Origin: Acidobacteriota bacterium
Lineage (GTDB): Bacteria; Acidobacteriota; Vicinamibacteria; Vicinamibacterales; UBA8438
Length of the DNA stretch: 64,000 bases
Reading direction: 5' to 3'
NCBI GenBank assembly: GCA_011523845.1
Contig: WTFV01000150.1
Coordinates: forward strand, 32,521-96,520
Within the stretch, counting starts at the first letter, position 1. Every line of letters starts with the position of its first letter. The position numbers were made by a program, and so were the translations under genes. Below are positions 62,189 through 64,000 of the stretch, piece by piece. Under the pieces are notes generated by a model, which was not told the origin of the DNA, searched no databases, and saw nothing but the letters and a program-made list of their open reading frames with translations.

Positions 62189-64000
62189 TCAGCGGGCCGC
62201 CTCGGTGGCCGGCTCCCGGTCAGGGACCGCCAGCGGGAAGGTCAGCGTGAACCGGGTCCCGTGGCCCGGCCGGCTTGCGCACTCTATCGTCCCCTGATGC
62301 TCCTGCACGACTCCGTAGGTGACCGACAGTCCGAGCCCGGTCCCCTGGCCGACGGTCTTGGTCGTGAAGAACGGATCGTAGATCCGCGACAGATGCTCGG
62401 GCGAGATGCCCGCCCCCGTATCGGCCACCTCGATGACGGCGCTCGCCCCCTCGACCCGACTGCGCACGGTGAGCCAGCCCCCGCTCGGCATGGCGTCGCG
62501 CGCATTGAGGAACAGGTTGAGGAACACCTGCTGCATCTTGAACTCGATGCCGTGGACCACCGCGGCAGGCGTGGCCAGCTCGCGGCGCACCTTGATGTTG
62601 CTCCCCTCGAGCTGATGCTCCAGCAGCACCAGCACGTCGGCAATCACGGTGTTGACGTCGACCGGACCGGCCGTGTCCGTCCGCCCCGGCCGTGCGAGAT
62701 TCAACAGGCCGTTGACTATCCGGGCCGCCCGGAACGTCTGCCGCTCGATCTTCTCCAGCAGCCGCGTCCTGGGATCTTCCGCGTCCGCATCCTCCAGCAG
62801 CATCTGCGTGAAGCTGGAAATGCCGGTCAGGGGCGTGTTCACCTCGTGTGCGACCCCGGCGGCCAGCAACCCGATGGAGGCCATCTTCTCGGAAAGCTGC
62901 AACTGCTCCTCGAGCCGCACCCGGGCCGTGCTGTCGACGACGATCAGCATCGTGCCGCTGACCCGGCCCGACGGCGTCAGCAGGGGCGCGGTCGCGGCCT
63001 TCACCCGCAGCCGGCGCGCCTCTTCGTGCCGCGAGAGCATGGGCACGCGATAGAGCTCCGCCCCGGCCGGTCGTTCCGCGCGCGCGGCGCTCAGACGCTC
63101 GACGAACTCCGTGTCGAAGATCTCGTCGAGCGATCGGCCGATCGCCTCCGCCCGCGGGACGCCGTGCAGGCGTTCGAAGCCGGCGTTCCAGCGAATGATG
63201 CGATCGTCGAGATCCAGAACGGCGAGACCGTCGCTCAGCGACTCGATGATGTTCTCGGCGAACTGCCGCATGCGATCGAGCTCGCCCGCCTTCTGCTCGA
63301 GCTGCCCGTAGAGGCGTCCGTTCTCGAGCGCGGTCGCGACCTGGGCCGCCACGGCCGCCAGCAGCGCCATGTCCTCGCTGCTCAGGGGCTCGCCGCTCTC
63401 CTTGCGGCCGAGCGCCATGACCGCGATCGTCCCCTGGTCGGAGATGCAGGGCACGAAGTAGTACAGGCCACGGTCCCGCCAGAACGCCACGTCGCCGGGA
63501 GCGTACTTCCGCCCCCCGATCGGATCGTCGAACAGCACGGTCTGCCGGCCGAGCATCCGGACGCCGATGCTCGATGCGCCGGACAGCGCCGGCGGCGCCC
63601 CCGCGAACCCGACCCAGCGAATCGGGTGGAAATCGTTGTCCCCGCGCTCCGCTTCGTCGCCCCTCGGGTCACGGCGGATGAGCAGTACCAGCCGATCGAT
63701 CCCGAGCGTCTCCGCCACCCGGTTGACGAGCCGTTCGCTCAGCCGATCGAGATCCAGGTCGGTGCTCAGGTCCCGCGCGAACCGCGTGAGGGCGCGCCGG
63801 TAGTCGAACCGCTCGCGGTAGTAGGCCCGGTCCAGCATGGTCTGAACGGTGTTCTTGACCGGCCCCGCCAGAAGCACCACGACCGCCGTCGCGAGCAACG
63901 CGATGATCGAGTTGTGCCGACCCGAACCGTCGAGGAACACCTCGGTGGCGAGGCGCTCAAGACCGAAATAGATGACGACCATCGCCGCCGCCACCGCCGC
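62189..64000 (-). CDS. Sensor histidine kinase (GAF + PAS + HisKA + HATPase_c); 5' end probably beyond the window
   Basis: H-box AAGVAHEVNTPLTGI, N-box FLNLFLNARDAM, G1 VADTGAGI, G2 GTGLGLSV. The frame stays open to position 64000. Confidence 0.9.
   Translation of the reverse strand, partial: AAVAAAMVVIYFGLERLATEVFLDGSGRHNSIIALLATAVVVLLAGPVKNTVQTMLDRAYYRERFDYRRALTRFARDLSTDLDLDRLSERLVNRVAETLGIDRLVLLIRRDPRGDEAERGDNDFHPIRWVGFAGAPPALSGASSIGVRMLGRQTVLFDDPIGGRKYAPGDVAFWRDRGLYYFVPCISDQGTIAVMALGRKESGEPLSSEDMALLAAVAAQVATALENGRLYGQLEQKAGELDRMRQFAENIIESLSDGLAVLDLDDRIIRWNAGFERLHGVPRAEAIGRSLDEIFDTEFVERLSAARAERPAGAELYRVPMLSRHEEARRLRVKAATAPLLTPSGRVSGTMLIVVDSTARVRLEEQLQLSEKMASIGLLAAGVAHEVNTPLTGISSFTQMLLEDADAEDPRTRLLEKIERQTFRAARIVNGLLNLARPGRTDTAGPVDVNTVIADVLVLLEHQLEGSNIKVRRELATPAAVVHGIEFKMQQVFLNLFLNARDAMPSGGWLTVRSRVEGASAVIEVADTGAGISPEHLSRIYDPFFTTKTVGQGTGLGLSVTYGVVQEHQGTIECASRPGHGTRFTLTFPLAVPDREPATEAAR

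Overview
High-GC (about 70% by eye) bacterial chromosomal segment with compact, often overlapping genes. Many long off-frame or antisense ORFs in the track are GC artefacts. **Left flank (1-13.4 kb):** a CysK-like/rhodanese fusion, a PQQ dehydrogenase, an aminotransferase, a family III CoA-transferase, a DtxR-family regulator, a porin-cupredoxin-dihaem (DUF1111) operon and RtcB. **Centre (13.6-37.4 kb):** a co-directional minus-strand defence island whose backbone looks like BREX type 3 (brxF, brxC, pglXI, pglZ, terminal BrxA-like gene). No BrxHII helicase is present. Nested in the backbone are a complete vapBC pair and two AlbA_2/HATPase_c_4 paralogues. Between pglXI and pglZ sits a translationally coupled cassette: XRE regulator, Cas4-like Fe-S nuclease, a 796-aa long Argonaute with an apparent DEDD tetrad, a 121-aa protein and an HExxH protein. 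The last cassette gene is interrupted by a 3.4-kb AT-rich IS1595-family element (23-bp inverted repeats, 8-bp target duplication) that carries cargo ORFs and a class II tRNA with an apparent AGA anticodon. Removing the element in silico restores the HExxH reading frame and its coupling to the downstream AlbA_2-pglZ genes. An orphan vapB with a 5-codon vapC relic lies just outside the island. **Right flank (37.4-64 kb):** queD/queC, a DUF4097 lipoprotein, a deoxyhypusine-synthase-like gene, fabI, divergent arginine operons (argR-argG-argH and argC-B-D-GNAT-J-F) with a consensus promoter and ARG-box-like sites, purE/purD, rpsU, a STAS protein, four glycosyltransferases in mirrored paralogue pairs, and an NtrC-type response regulator with a partial sensor kinase. 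All functional calls rest on motif recognition by eye, because no searches could be run.
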